From Phycisphaerae bacterium (GTDB taxonomy: Bacteria > Planctomycetota > Phycisphaerae > UBA1845), in the NCBI GenBank assembly GCA_963666835.2, contig CAXXGO010000006.1:2432001-2496000 (forward strand): a DNA stretch of 64,000 bases, given 5' to 3'. Below the pieces are notes generated by a model. It did no database searches. It saw only the letters and a program-made list of their open reading frames with translations, and had not been told where the DNA came from. The position numbers and the translations under genes were made by a program. Below are positions 45,884 to 56,178 of this stretch, one piece after another. Position 1 is the first letter of the stretch. Each line of letters begins with the position of its first letter.

Positions 45884-45986
45884 GCGTATTGTGGTTCGAA
45901 TGCCGACCGGCGGTTGGGTCGACTAGGCGTCGGTGGCATGGTTTTTGGGGCACTCCGAACGGTAGGGGGGGCCGGGAAACGATTTA

Positions 45987-47114
45987 ATGGCGACACTACA
46001 CATTGACCGTTTGTTGGAGACGGTGGTCAAGCAGGGGGCGTCGGATTTGCACCTGACCGTGGGACGCCCGCCGGTTCTCCGGCTGTCTCACCATCTTCGC
46101 TCGCTGGAGACCAAGGTTCTCACTCCGGAAGACACCGTGGCGCTTATGAAGGCGATTACTCCGGAGCGGAACCAGCAGGAACTCCAGGAAGAGGGGGGAA
46201 CCGACTTCGGCTTTGCCTTCGGCGACGCCGGTCGTTTTCGAGTGGCGATCTTCAAGCAGAAGGGCAACATAGCGATCGTGCTTCGTCTTCTTCCTTCGAA
46301 GTTCATGTCGTTTGAGGAAATCGGTTTGCCGCCGGTGTGCCGGGGTCTATGCCGCCGACCTCGCGGTATCTTCCTGGTGACGGGGCCGACCGGGTCGGGG
46401 AAGACCACGACTCTGGCGACGATGATCGATTACATCAACAAGGAGCTCGACCGCCATATCGTGACGATCGAGGATCCGATCGAGTACTATCACTCGCATC
46501 AGAAATCACTGATTAACCAACGATCCGTCGGCGTGGATGTGCCCAGCTTCGAGGAGGCTTTGCGTCGTTCCTTGCGGCAGGATCCGGATGTCATTTTCGT
46601 CGGTGAGCTGCGTGACTTGGAGACGATTGAGTCGGCGATTCGCGCTGCGGAAACCGGCCACTTGGTGTTCAGCACGCTGCACACCACGGGGTGTCAGGGT
46701 ACGATCACCCGAGTTGCAGACGCGTTTCCTCCCAACCAGCAGGAGCAGATTCGGGTCCAGCTTTCGACGAACCTGATCGCAACCATCTCCCAGGTGTTGT
46801 TGCCCAGAATCCCCAAGGGCATGGTGGCGGCGTACGAGTTCATGGTAACGACCCCGGCTATTGCCAACCTGATCCGCGAGAACAAGGTTTATCGAATCGA
46901 CTCGGCGATTCAGACCGGAAAGAAGTTCGGCATGCAGTTGCTGGACGACCACTTGTGGGAGCTTTTCGAAAAAGGTCTGATCTCGGACGAAGACGCGGTC
47001 GACTGCTCGAAGAACGCCGGCCGAATGCAGGATCGGATCGATTCCCATCGCCGCGGCAAAGATACCGGCAAGATTGGCGATGACGAGGAACGGTCAGTTT
47101 TGAGGACATCATGA
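45987..47114 (+). CDS. pilT: Type IV pilus retraction ATPase
   Basis: ASDLHL, GPTGSGKTT, LRQDPD, AAETGH, AIANLIRE (AIRNLIRE motif), GMQ. Confidence 0.95.
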   Translation: MATLHIDRLLETVVKQGASDLHLTVGRPPVLRLSHHLRSLETKVLTPEDTVALMKAITPERNQQELQEEGGTDFGFAFGDAGRFRVAIFKQKGNIAIVLRLLPSKFMSFEEIGLPPVCRGLCRRPRGIFLVTGPTGSGKTTTLATMIDYINKELDRHIVTIEDPIEYYHSHQKSLINQRSVGVDVPSFEEALRRSLRQDPDVIFVGELRDLETIESAIRAAETGHLVFSTLHTTGCQGTITRVADAFPPNQQEQIRVQLSTNLIATISQVLLPRIPKGMVAAYEFMVTTPAIANLIRENKVYRIDSAIQTGKKFGMQLLDDHLWELFEKGLISDEDAVDCSKNAGRMQDRIDSHRRGKDTGKIGDDEERSVLRTS

Positions 47115-48895
47115 GCGAACCGAAAGCCAGTACGCCGAAAGCGGGCGGGACCCGCAAGGCACCGTCGATTGAGCAGCTTCGCGGACGCCAGATCGGACGC
47201 ATTCTGATCAAGATGGGCAAGCTCAAGCGAACCCAGGTTCACGAGGCGCTCGAGATCCAGAAAGAGCAACGGGGTCCGCTCGGCGCGATTCTCGTCGAGT
47301 TGGGATATATCACCGAGGAGGATCTGACCCACGCCCTCGCGGCCCAAAGCGGGATGGAGTTCGTGGACGTTGCGAAGATGGACATCCCGGAAGACGTCAT
47401 TGCGCTGATGAACGTGCAGATGGCGATGACCTATCGGGTAGTCCCGTTCAACCGCGATCCGGAGACGAATGAGGTCTCGATCGTGATGGACAGCGCGGAC
47501 AACTTCCTGGCCGCAGACGATTTGCAGACTTTGCTGGGTTGTCGGATCAAGTGTTTTCTCAGCAGTCCCGCCGATCTGCAGAAAGCGCTTGACCGGTACT
47601 ATCCGGAAGGAGATCAGGAGTCGATTACCGGGCTGATCGGCGAATTGACCGAAGACAGCGATCTCGCCAAGTTCGAGGGCCGCGGCGACAGTATCGACTT
47701 AGCCGAGCTTAAGGAGATGGCCGATCTTAACCCGGTCAAGAAGCTGCTTAACCTTGTGCTCCTGCAGGCGATCAAGGACAAGGCCAGCGATATCCACTTT
47801 GAGCCGTTCGAAGACGAGTTCAAGATGCGCTATCGTATCGACGGCGTATTGTACGAGATGGTGCCCCCTCCACGGTACATTGCTCTGGCGATTTCGTCCC
47901 GCGTTAAGGTCATGGCGAACCTGGATATCGCGGAGCGGCGTTTGCCTCAGGACGGTCGTATTGAGCTGCAGCTCAAGGGGGCGCCGATCGACTTGCGTGT
48001 GGCGGTATTGCCGACCATGTTCGGGGAGAGCGTCGTATTGCGAGTGCTCGACCGTTCCAACGTGCAGTTGCGGCTCGATCGCCTGGGTCTGCGGGACGAC
48101 GAGCTGAACGCGTTCCGGCAGCTAATGCGTAAACCGAACGGGATTATCGTTAACACCGGGCCCACCGGGTCGGGGAAGACGACTACTCTTTACGCGGCTT
48201 TGCAGGAGCTTAACGATCCCGAAGTGAAGATCCTGACCGCCGAAGACCCGGTGGAGTACGATATTGACGGCTTGGTTCAGGTACAGATTCGGACGGAAGT
48301 CGGTTTGACCTTCGCTCGGGCGTTGCGCAGTTTCTTGCGTCAGGACCCGGATATTATTCTGGTCGGAGAGATCCGAGACCTGGAGACCGCGCAGATCAGC
48401 GTGCAGGCATCGTTGACCGGACACCTGGTATTCACGACGCTCCACACGAACGACGCGCCTTCGTCTGTGGCTCGTTTGGTGGATTTGGGGCTTGAGACCT
48501 TCCTTCTTACAGCGACAGTGGAGGCTATCATCGCTCAGCGGCTGGTCCGAAGGGTGTGTACGAACTGCAAGAAGGAGTACAAGCCGACGGAAGACCAATT
48601 GATGCAGCTCAACCTCCGCCCGGAGGACGTCGGTGATCGGTACTTCTGCTACGGCGAGGGGTGCGAGTACTGCAACAACACAGGCTATCGCGGCCGAACG
48701 GGGTTGTACGAGTGCATGGTCATGACCGACCCTCTACGCGAGCTCATCATGAAGGACGCGTCTACTGCGGTTCTTCGTCGAGAGGCGGTCAAGAATGGCA
48801 TGCGGCAACTTCGCGATGCGGGTCTGTTGGCCATTTTTGACGGGATCACCTCGCTGGACGAAGTGGTCAAGGAAACGGTTATGGAAGAGGCGTAG
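47111..48895 (+). CDS. pilB: PilB/GspE assembly ATPase 2
   Basis: MshEN-like N-terminus, ASDIHFEP, GPTGSGKTT, LRQDPD, CTNC..CEYC. Confidence 0.93.
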   Translation: MSEPKASTPKAGGTRKAPSIEQLRGRQIGRILIKMGKLKRTQVHEALEIQKEQRGPLGAILVELGYITEEDLTHALAAQSGMEFVDVAKMDIPEDVIALMNVQMAMTYRVVPFNRDPETNEVSIVMDSADNFLAADDLQTLLGCRIKCFLSSPADLQKALDRYYPEGDQESITGLIGELTEDSDLAKFEGRGDSIDLAELKEMADLNPVKKLLNLVLLQAIKDKASDIHFEPFEDEFKMRYRIDGVLYEMVPPPRYIALAISSRVKVMANLDIAERRLPQDGRIELQLKGAPIDLRVAVLPTMFGESVVLRVLDRSNVQLRLDRLGLRDDELNAFRQLMRKPNGIIVNTGPTGSGKTTTLYAALQELNDPEVKILTAEDPVEYDIDGLVQVQIRTEVGLTFARALRSFLRQDPDIILVGEIRDLETAQISVQASLTGHLVFTTLHTNDAPSSVARLVDLGLETFLLTATVEAIIAQRLVRRVCTNCKKEYKPTEDQLMQLNLRPEDVGDRYFCYGEGCEYCNNTGYRGRTGLYECMVMTDPLRELIMKDASTAVLRREAVKNGMRQLRDAGLLAIFDGITSLDEVVKETVMEEA

Positions 48896-48986
48896 AGGGC
48901 TGGACTTTTCGGTCGCGTTGCCGACCGAACCAGCCGAGTTCTCGTGCTGCCGCAGCGGATGGCAGAAGTCTTGAAGGGGTTTTTAC

Positions 48987-50234
48987 GTGGCAACATTCGC
49001 ATACGAGGCGATGAACCAGGCCGGCCAGGAGGTCAAGGACGAGATCGAAGCGATCTCGACCGAAGACGCTCTGGCGAAGATTCGCGGTCTGGGGTATTTC
49101 CCCACGCGTATTCGGGAGAAGGGTGCCGCCAAGGCCAAGGCGGCAACCGGCAAGAAGAAGTCCGGCGGGTTCTCGATCGGCCGGGTCTCTGCAAAGGCCT
49201 GCACCCAGTTCACCCGTCAGCTTTCCACCTTGCAGGATGCCGGGTTGCCGATTCTGCGGAGCTTGACCATCCTCGAGGAGCAGCAGAAGCCGGGAATCCT
49301 CAAGAACACCCTGCGGTCGGTGGCGGAGGACATCGAAGGTGGTTCGACGTTGTCGGAGGCTTTTGCCAAGCACCCGAAGGCTTTTGACCGCCTGTATGTG
49401 AACATGGTGGCGGCCGGCGAGAGCGGTGGTGTTTTGGACACCATCCTTTTGCGGCTGGCGGACTTCATGGAGAAGGGGCAGAAGCTGAAGCGGAAGATCG
49501 TCGGGGCGATGATCTATCCCGCGGCCATTATGACCTTCGCGGTCGGTATCGTGTCCGGTATCATGATATTCGTCATCCCGAAGTTCAAGGAGATCTTCCT
49601 GGACTTCGATACGGCTCTTCCGGCTATTACGATGGTGTTGCTGAATTTCGCGGACTGGTTCACGGGCGGGATGCCGCCGGGCTGGGCGGTGTTGATCTTC
49701 GGCCCTTTGGGGATCTGGTTCCTTTTCAAGTTGATACGCTCGTCGAAAGGGGGACGCTACGCGGTGGATTATGTCTCCGTCAAAATCCCCGGATTGGGCA
49801 CCCTTGTGCAGAAGACGACTATCGCCAGGTTCACTCGTACCCTTGGGACGCTGGTGGCTGCGGGTGTGCCTATTCTCGAGGCGATCAACATCACGAAGGA
49901 AACGTCCGGCAACGAAGTGTATGCCCGGGCTCTGGAGGCGGTGCACAACTCCATCCGGGAGGGTGAGAGTTTTGCGGCACCCTTGCGAGCTGCCGGCGTA
50001 TGCGATGCCCTGGTGGTCAATATGATCGACGTCGGGGAAGAGACCGGAGAGCTGGACAAAATGCTCCTTAAGATCGCGGACAACTACGAGGAGGAGGTCG
50101 ACGTCGCCGTTGGCGGCTTGGTATCTCTGCTCGAACCGTTGATGGTCATCGGGCTTGGAAGTGTGGTCGGCTTCATTGTCATGGCGTTATTCATGCCGCT
50201 GGTGTCGCTGATGCAGGGTGTGGGAGGCGGATAG
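48987..50234 (+). CDS. pilC: PilC/GspF inner-membrane platform protein
   Basis: FTRQLSTL.DAGLP, AGESGG.LD, GEETGELD..LLEP, three TM helices. Confidence 0.95.
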   Translation: MATFAYEAMNQAGQEVKDEIEAISTEDALAKIRGLGYFPTRIREKGAAKAKAATGKKKSGGFSIGRVSAKACTQFTRQLSTLQDAGLPILRSLTILEEQQKPGILKNTLRSVAEDIEGGSTLSEAFAKHPKAFDRLYVNMVAAGESGGVLDTILLRLADFMEKGQKLKRKIVGAMIYPAAIMTFAVGIVSGIMIFVIPKFKEIFLDFDTALPAITMVLLNFADWFTGGMPPGWAVLIFGPLGIWFLFKLIRSSKGGRYAVDYVSVKIPGLGTLVQKTTIARFTRTLGTLVAAGVPILEAINITKETSGNEVYARALEAVHNSIREGESFAAPLRAAGVCDALVVNMIDVGEETGELDKMLLKIADNYEEEVDVAVGGLVSLLEPLMVIGLGSVVGFIVMALFMPLVSLMQGVGGG

Positions 50235-50429
50235 GCCGCGAGATCGGGATTGATGAGACTTGCGTAAGGCGGTTCCGGATTGCCGGCCGGGATCGGGGGG
50301 GATTCTCAGGTTGCCGGCGCCGGTCGTGAGTTGCGGTGCCTATAATCAACGGGATGTAACCCGGAAAACTGCATTGGGCGAATCAGGCGGAGTTCACCAT
50401 CGGGCGTCCGGCGAGGAGTAAACGGTGTT

Positions 50430-51530
50430 ATGAGAGTCTCCAACGTTCTTTGTGGCGGGCGTGTTACGAATCACCGCGGTTCGACGGCGTTCACGCTGAT
50501 CGAGCTGCTTACGGTCGTCTTCATTATTACCTTGCTGATCGGGATTCTGGTGCCGGCGTTGAACGGGGCGCGCAACATGGCGAAGAAGACCTCAACGAAG
50601 GCGACCATCAGCGCGATCGGCACTTCTCTCGATCTGTTCCGCGGTGACAACGAGCGTGAGTTTGCGGCGACTAATGGCTATCCGCCCTCGTTTTCCCACC
50701 CACGCATGTTGGATTCGTCCGGTAGCGACCTGTTCGACAGGTTCAAGGGGGAATGCCCGTTCATCAAGGATAAGCCGGTCATTTCCGGAGCGCACTGGCT
50801 GCCCATGATGCTGATGGGGTTGGACCAGGAGGGATACGTGAAGCGCAGTACGGTTCCCCGGAAGGACGACATGCGGGACAAGCCGTGGCTCTGGTACGAC
50901 CCGGATGCGCTCGGGACGGGTAAAAGGCTGGATCGCCAGCCGTTCTATGCCGATCCGGGGAACCTCAAGACGAAACAGACGAAGGACATTGGCGGTCATC
51001 GTAACGACGCCTTGTTCGAGGAGAATGTGTGGACTGCTGTTAAGAACCTCCCGGTGATTATTGACGCGTTCGGTACTCCGATTCTGTACTTCGCCGCTAA
51101 CGCCAACGGCACGACCAACAATATGTTGGAGGACGAGCGGGACGAGAATAACGAGTATACCGGAGGCGTGCAGCAGGAAGGCCCGCCGGTGTACTTCCAC
51201 CAAGACAACCACATGTTCACCGGCACCAAGAATGAGAAGGGCTGGGATTTTGACGGCCCGCATGTCATTGCCGCATGCGGATCGGAACGTAATGCTGATG
51301 AGCTCAGTGACCCGGACAATCTGGAGGCGGCCAACACGTTCGCCCGTTACATCCTCGACCGCACGTTGTTGCGTACCTTACGGACCAAACGTGAGGCTGG
51401 TGAGACGATTTCGGAATCGACCCCGTTGCGTCCGGTGAATGCGGATTCGTATTTGTTGATGAGCCCCGGGGTCGATGGAGTCTGGGGCACGCGGGATGAC
51501 GTTACTAATTTCACGCTGGAACTCGAGTAG
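50430..51530 (+). CDS. Large type IV pilin/GspG-like pseudopilin 1
   Basis: AFTLIELL; DAFGTPI; DSYLLMSPGVDGVWGTRDDVTNF; AGGAG RBS, TATAAT at 50341. Confidence 0.9.
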   Translation: MRVSNVLCGGRVTNHRGSTAFTLIELLTVVFIITLLIGILVPALNGARNMAKKTSTKATISAIGTSLDLFRGDNEREFAATNGYPPSFSHPRMLDSSGSDLFDRFKGECPFIKDKPVISGAHWLPMMLMGLDQEGYVKRSTVPRKDDMRDKPWLWYDPDALGTGKRLDRQPFYADPGNLKTKQTKDIGGHRNDALFEENVWTAVKNLPVIIDAFGTPILYFAANANGTTNNMLEDERDENNEYTGGVQQEGPPVYFHQDNHMFTGTKNEKGWDFDGPHVIAACGSERNADELSDPDNLEAANTFARYILDRTLLRTLRTKREAGETISESTPLRPVNADSYLLMSPGVDGVWGTRDDVTNFTLELE

Positions 51531-51558
51531 CACGAGCCGCCTTCAGGGCAAGACAAGG

Positions 51559-52593
51559 ATGCGGATTATGAGCATGCGTAAACCGGGCAACTGCGGCCTT
51601 GGCTTCACCTTGGTCGAGCTGTTGGTGGTGATAACGATCATCGGGCTTCTGATCGCGGTGTTGTTGCCGTCAATGTCGCGCATTCGCGTAAAGGCGAAGA
51701 ACACCCAGACGACGGCGCAGCTCAATGCGATTGAGCAAGGTCTGGAGATGTACCGCGGCGAGAACGCGTTGGGAGGTAGTTATCCGCCTTCATGTGGTGA
51801 CGTCGGGGAGAATCTGGCGGATCGGCGGAAGATCGCGAATCCGCTCGAAGAGAACGCGGAGCCGGATACGGCGATTACCGGGGCGCACCTGCTCGTGAAC
51901 GCTCTTATCGGGGCGGACATGCTGGGGACGCCCGGGCTGCGGGATATGGACCGGGACGGATTCTGGGCCGACGATACGCACTCGGGTGACGGCGGGGCGT
52001 ACGAGGTTACCGACGACGAAGGTGTCGAGGTCCAACCGCGGTACGGTGGAACCGGGTACGTCGATGACAAGATGAAGGAAGAGAGCGTGACGACCTTGGG
52101 GAAACTCGAGGACGAGGGGAAGATCTTCGTTTGGACCGACGCGGTTTCCTCTACGCCCACGCGCCATCAGTTGGTTTTCGTCGATCCGTGGAGCCGGCCG
52201 ATTCTCTACTACAAGGCCAATCCGGTAGGGCGCCGTATGGTCGGCAGTTCAACCGATCCCGGGATCTACTGGCAGGACGACAACGGCCTGATTACCGGGT
52301 CGGTTAACGGCCTGACCGATTACGACGGCATCGATTTCGGTGCGGGTAAGGTGGATGGCTACTACCATCGAATCGCCGATGCTAAGTGCCCGCCTCCCAA
52401 GCCGGTTATCGATGTAGACATGGAGGCGGATTACGAGCACTCGTTGGCTCTGTTCATTTTCGATCCTGCGGTCAAGGCCCGCAACACTCCGGTTCGCAAG
52501 GACAGCTATCTGCTGATAACTGCAGGGGCGGATTCGATCTACGGAACCGACGACGACGTGTTGAACTGGACGAAGAAGGAACGGGAGCAGTAG
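51559..52593 (+). CDS. Large type IV pilin/GspG-like pseudopilin 2
   Basis: GFTLVELL; DPWSRPI; DSYLLITAGADSIYGTDDDVLNW. Confidence 0.9.
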   Translation: MRIMSMRKPGNCGLGFTLVELLVVITIIGLLIAVLLPSMSRIRVKAKNTQTTAQLNAIEQGLEMYRGENALGGSYPPSCGDVGENLADRRKIANPLEENAEPDTAITGAHLLVNALIGADMLGTPGLRDMDRDGFWADDTHSGDGGAYEVTDDEGVEVQPRYGGTGYVDDKMKEESVTTLGKLEDEGKIFVWTDAVSSTPTRHQLVFVDPWSRPILYYKANPVGRRMVGSSTDPGIYWQDDNGLITGSVNGLTDYDGIDFGAGKVDGYYHRIADAKCPPPKPVIDVDMEADYEHSLALFIFDPAVKARNTPVRKDSYLLITAGADSIYGTDDDVLNWTKKEREQ

Positions 52594-53595
52594 ATGCCGC
52601 GGGGACTCTCTTACAGAGAAAGGCCATCAACGCGGTCGCTTCGCGCGTTTACGCTCATCGAGCTGCTGGTGGTCTTTGTGATTATCGCCGTGTTGGTAAG
52701 CTCGGTACTTGTTGGCGGTACCGTGCTGATTAACAAGGCCAGAACCCGCGATACCCAGGTTGTCCTGCAGCTTGTGCGGGACGCCGTCGATGAGTTTCAG
52801 CGGGATAAGCCCGCGATCATAGAGGTCAGCCAGAAACGCTCGACCGGCAGAATCCGTTACATGAACCGGTACGGACAGTACCCGGCCGATGAACTGGAGA
52901 TGTTCAGCAAGCAGGGTCTACCCGGCAGTATCGCACCACCGAGTAACCGGTCGTTGGCCGTGGGTAAGGCCGAGATAGTCCCGGCGCCGGGGGCGTCGAA
53001 GTATCCGTCGATGGTCTTCTACAAGGTCGGCAACCCGGCTCCGGAGTACGAACACCGTGATGTAGCGGCGTTGGTGTTGTCGATCGAGACTTACAGCGCC
53101 CCGGCGGCGCTGATTCTGAGCAAGATTCCCGAAGATAACCGGCAGATTGCGTGCGTGGACGCAGCCGGCAATCCGAAACAGTTTCTGGATCGCGACTCTT
53201 CCAAGAACGGTACGTGGGATGACGACACCGATACGCCGGTCCGTTTGATCGTGGATAGTTGGGGCGTGCCGTTGGGGTACTTTGCTCAGCGCGACTACGA
53301 TCCCGACGGCGGAGCGTCGGCGGCGGCTTTGACGGAATCGCGAAACTGTGCGGATTGGAATCAGGCCTCGACCGAGTTCATTCGGATTAACGGCGGTAAG
53401 CCGGTCATTTTCTCGTACGGGCCTAACGGACGCGACCAGCTTAGCAAAGACGTGCAAACTGCTGACAATACTGCGTCACTCGTGGGTGACTGGATGGACT
53501 CGACCGATTCGTCGCCGCGGATCAACAACCCGTATAACACCGACAACATTTACGCCGATCCCGGTTTGGCGGAGAAACTTTCCGCAGGATCGTGA
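52594..53595 (+). CDS. Large type IV pilin/GspG-like pseudopilin 3
   Basis: AFTLIELL; DSWGVPL; IFSYGPNG; DNIY. Confidence 0.88.
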   Translation: MPRGLSYRERPSTRSLRAFTLIELLVVFVIIAVLVSSVLVGGTVLINKARTRDTQVVLQLVRDAVDEFQRDKPAIIEVSQKRSTGRIRYMNRYGQYPADELEMFSKQGLPGSIAPPSNRSLAVGKAEIVPAPGASKYPSMVFYKVGNPAPEYEHRDVAALVLSIETYSAPAALILSKIPEDNRQIACVDAAGNPKQFLDRDSSKNGTWDDDTDTPVRLIVDSWGVPLGYFAQRDYDPDGGASAAALTESRNCADWNQASTEFIRINGGKPVIFSYGPNGRDQLSKDVQTADNTASLVGDWMDSTDSSPRINNPYNTDNIYADPGLAEKLSAGS

Positions 53596-54554
53596 ACATG
53601 ACCGAACGCACTGCGACAGATCGGGCCTGGTTCACTGACGCCTCCCGGCGCCGCGGAGGGTTCACCCTTATCGAGATGATCGTGGTCCTCGCGATCGTGT
53701 TGGTTTTGTTGGGGCTGATCCTTCCGGCGGCCAGCGAGATGTGGGAAGAGCGCAAACTCGCCGACGTGGAGACCATCACTCAGGGGATGCTGATGACCAC
53801 CCGGGCGAACGCGCTGCGCGCCAGCGGGGTGGATACCGGGCTGCTGTTCGTCGTCGATGCTCGCGGCACCCAGCGGATCTTCCCGATCGAGCAGGATTCG
53901 GACCACCCCGGCAACGTGGCCTGGGATAACGTGTTCAAGGTTACTCAGGGGCGGGCGTACTCGTTGCCGGCTCCCATTCGGGTGGTCCCGCGCTATGTTG
54001 TGGACGAAGAGGTGGAGAATTCGGACGGACCGCGCGTCTTCACCGAAGCGGAACTGGCCAACGATAACTTCGTTATCCCGCCGCCAGATTCCGATATCGG
54101 ACAGCGTCACCGCAACTTCTTCACCATGGTCTTTTCGAGCGAGGGGCAGTTGCAGGTGCGCCGAGACGTTCTGATTCAGGATGTCGACGTTGCGGGCGAC
54201 GGCATCGGTGACACGACGGGAATGCCGGTCGGGAAAGGGCCGGATCCCGATGACGCCAATGTCGGCCAGTACTACACGCAGGATTCGAGCAGCAGCCCCA
54301 AAGCCATTGATCCGCGGGCCTCGCATCTGGCCGAGGACATCCCGTACCTGGTCAATGATCAGAGCAGCGGGTCGACCGCCGAGATAGCGATCAACTTCCC
54401 GTCGGTTGACGGGCTGTTAGTCTACGACGATTCATTATTCAGAGGGCTGGACGACATCACGCAGAAACGGTCCTTTCTGCTGGAGACGGGACGGCCATTC
54501 TACGTGAATCGCAATACCGGGGCGGTCATTCAAGGCCCGGTCGGAGAGAATTGA
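53592..54554 (+). CDS. Minor pilin (FimT/GspH-like position)
   Basis: RRGGFTLIEMIVVLAI; start overlaps the previous stop. Confidence 0.85.
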   Translation: MNMTERTATDRAWFTDASRRRGGFTLIEMIVVLAIVLVLLGLILPAASEMWEERKLADVETITQGMLMTTRANALRASGVDTGLLFVVDARGTQRIFPIEQDSDHPGNVAWDNVFKVTQGRAYSLPAPIRVVPRYVVDEEVENSDGPRVFTEAELANDNFVIPPPDSDIGQRHRNFFTMVFSSEGQLQVRRDVLIQDVDVAGDGIGDTTGMPVGKGPDPDDANVGQYYTQDSSSSPKAIDPRASHLAEDIPYLVNDQSSGSTAEIAINFPSVDGLLVYDDSLFRGLDDITQKRSFLLETGRPFYVNRNTGAVIQGPVGEN

Positions 54555-55969
54555 ACACCGTGAATGCCGTCAAAGTCAACCCGGTGAATGGATGCGGCGT
54601 TAAGCCGTTGCGGCGCACGGATTGCGTCCGTGGTTTCTCGCTCATCGAGTTGATGGTGGCGATGACCATTCTCGGGTTCGGCTTGGTAATGGTGGCCACG
54701 GTCTTTCCCATTGCCCTGGGTAGAGCGCGTGATCTTTCCGAGGTAACGACGCAGGTGGCCGTTACGGATGCCGCGGAGATGACCGTTCGGCTGCTCGTGC
54801 ACAATTCCGGGCTGGACCCGACTGATAACGCGTCCAGCTTCGCCGGCGATGTGATTTACGACGACGGTTTTCCCAGCAGCAAACTGTACGCGAAGCCGGA
54901 CGCCGGGCCGCCGCGCGTACATGCCCTCTATATGGAGAACCTGCTGGTGAGCCCGCGGGCGTATACGCCCGACTGGGAGAACCCGCAGCTTAGCGAAGGG
55001 GCTCCGTGGGAGCTCGAGCTGATGCCCGTGACCGAGCAGTTCAGCGTGCATCCGGACATGCTCCCTGCGGGCCATTATTTCCTTACCGTCGGCTTCGGCA
55101 GCCCGCAGGTGCGTCTCGGAGATCGCGTGTATCCGCCGATAAGGCGGCGAAACCGCGATTCTGTCGATGCCAACGGCGTTTTCAGGCTGAGTGTTCCGGA
55201 CGATCAGTGGGATGACGCCCTGGATACACGCCGGTATGCGTGGGCCGTGTTTCATCGATTGACCGAGCCGGAGTTTGATATGGACGCGACGGCGGAGCAG
55301 TGGGCCGCCGCGGCTGAGGACGAACGCGTCTTCGACATCTACTACGTGACTCTGCGGCGGGCCCGGTCGAATCTTCGTTTCGCCCAGCAGGATCCGGATC
55401 CCGATAAGGCGCCCGTCCCCGTGTTCGATGCCTCAGGGACGTCGGGCCAACGAGGGGATCTGCATGTTCCGGAGGCACTTCCTCCGGCCAACGACGTAGC
55501 TTTCCCGGTGCCCTGGCGGGTGCAGGTGGAGTTTCCGGATACGCTTGCCCTGGAGGGCGATGACACCAACCCGCCCACGGGAGCTCCGACGGAGATCGAA
55601 GTCGAGTATCCGGGCGAAGCCTGGATCCTCGATATGTTCACTCCGGGCACTCCCCTCATTGATGAGGTCAGCGGCAACGTGTACCGGATCGCCAAACGGC
55701 GGATAGTCGGGGCGAATGACGATCGAGCGGTGCTCACTCTCGATGACGAAGTGCTGATCAACGACGTCGACGATGGCAGGTGGGACTCGATTGACACCGT
55801 CAACCATTACGACAGCGATACGCTCGACGACGATGAGCTTATCAGGACGGTCTGGGTGTTCCCGCCGCCGGTGGAGGCGACGCGTCTTTCCGGTGGTGAA
55901 CCGGTGTTCAATGGGAAACAGCCGGTCGTCGGTATCACAATCCGCTCGCTGACCGTCGTTCCCAGGTAG
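54551..55969 (+). CDS. Minor pilin (PilV/GspI-like position)
   Basis: RGFSLIELMVAMTILGFGL..VATVFP. Confidence 0.85.
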   Translation: MNTVNAVKVNPVNGCGVKPLRRTDCVRGFSLIELMVAMTILGFGLVMVATVFPIALGRARDLSEVTTQVAVTDAAEMTVRLLVHNSGLDPTDNASSFAGDVIYDDGFPSSKLYAKPDAGPPRVHALYMENLLVSPRAYTPDWENPQLSEGAPWELELMPVTEQFSVHPDMLPAGHYFLTVGFGSPQVRLGDRVYPPIRRRNRDSVDANGVFRLSVPDDQWDDALDTRRYAWAVFHRLTEPEFDMDATAEQWAAAAEDERVFDIYYVTLRRARSNLRFAQQDPDPDKAPVPVFDASGTSGQRGDLHVPEALPPANDVAFPVPWRVQVEFPDTLALEGDDTNPPTGAPTEIEVEYPGEAWILDMFTPGTPLIDEVSGNVYRIAKRRIVGANDDRAVLTLDDEVLINDVDDGRWDSIDTVNHYDSDTLDDDELIRTVWVFPPPVEATRLSGGEPVFNGKQPVVGITIRSLTVVPR

Positions 55970-56178
55970 GTCGGCGTCAATGGCCTTCTCGTCGAGTCCG
56001 GCTTCACTACCTGATTCGATCCCATTCCGATCGCGGCGGCGTTGTCGATCCTCCTTTTGGTTTGTGGTGTTGAGGATCCCTCCGAGGGTGCTGGACCGAC
56101 ACTTGACTGTAGTAATAATGGGGGCAATACCGGCTGTCCCGGATGGCGGCCGATAACCTGCATGACGGGTTGAACAGC

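Noticed and set aside
45884..45940. GGTTCGAAT T-loop-like motif suggesting a tRNA
   Set aside because: No acceptor, D or anticodon arms could be folded
55970..56178. Riboswitch in the gap within the pilin operon
   Set aside because: No recognisable c-di-GMP or other aptamer consensus by eye; an Rfam scan would be needed to exclude it
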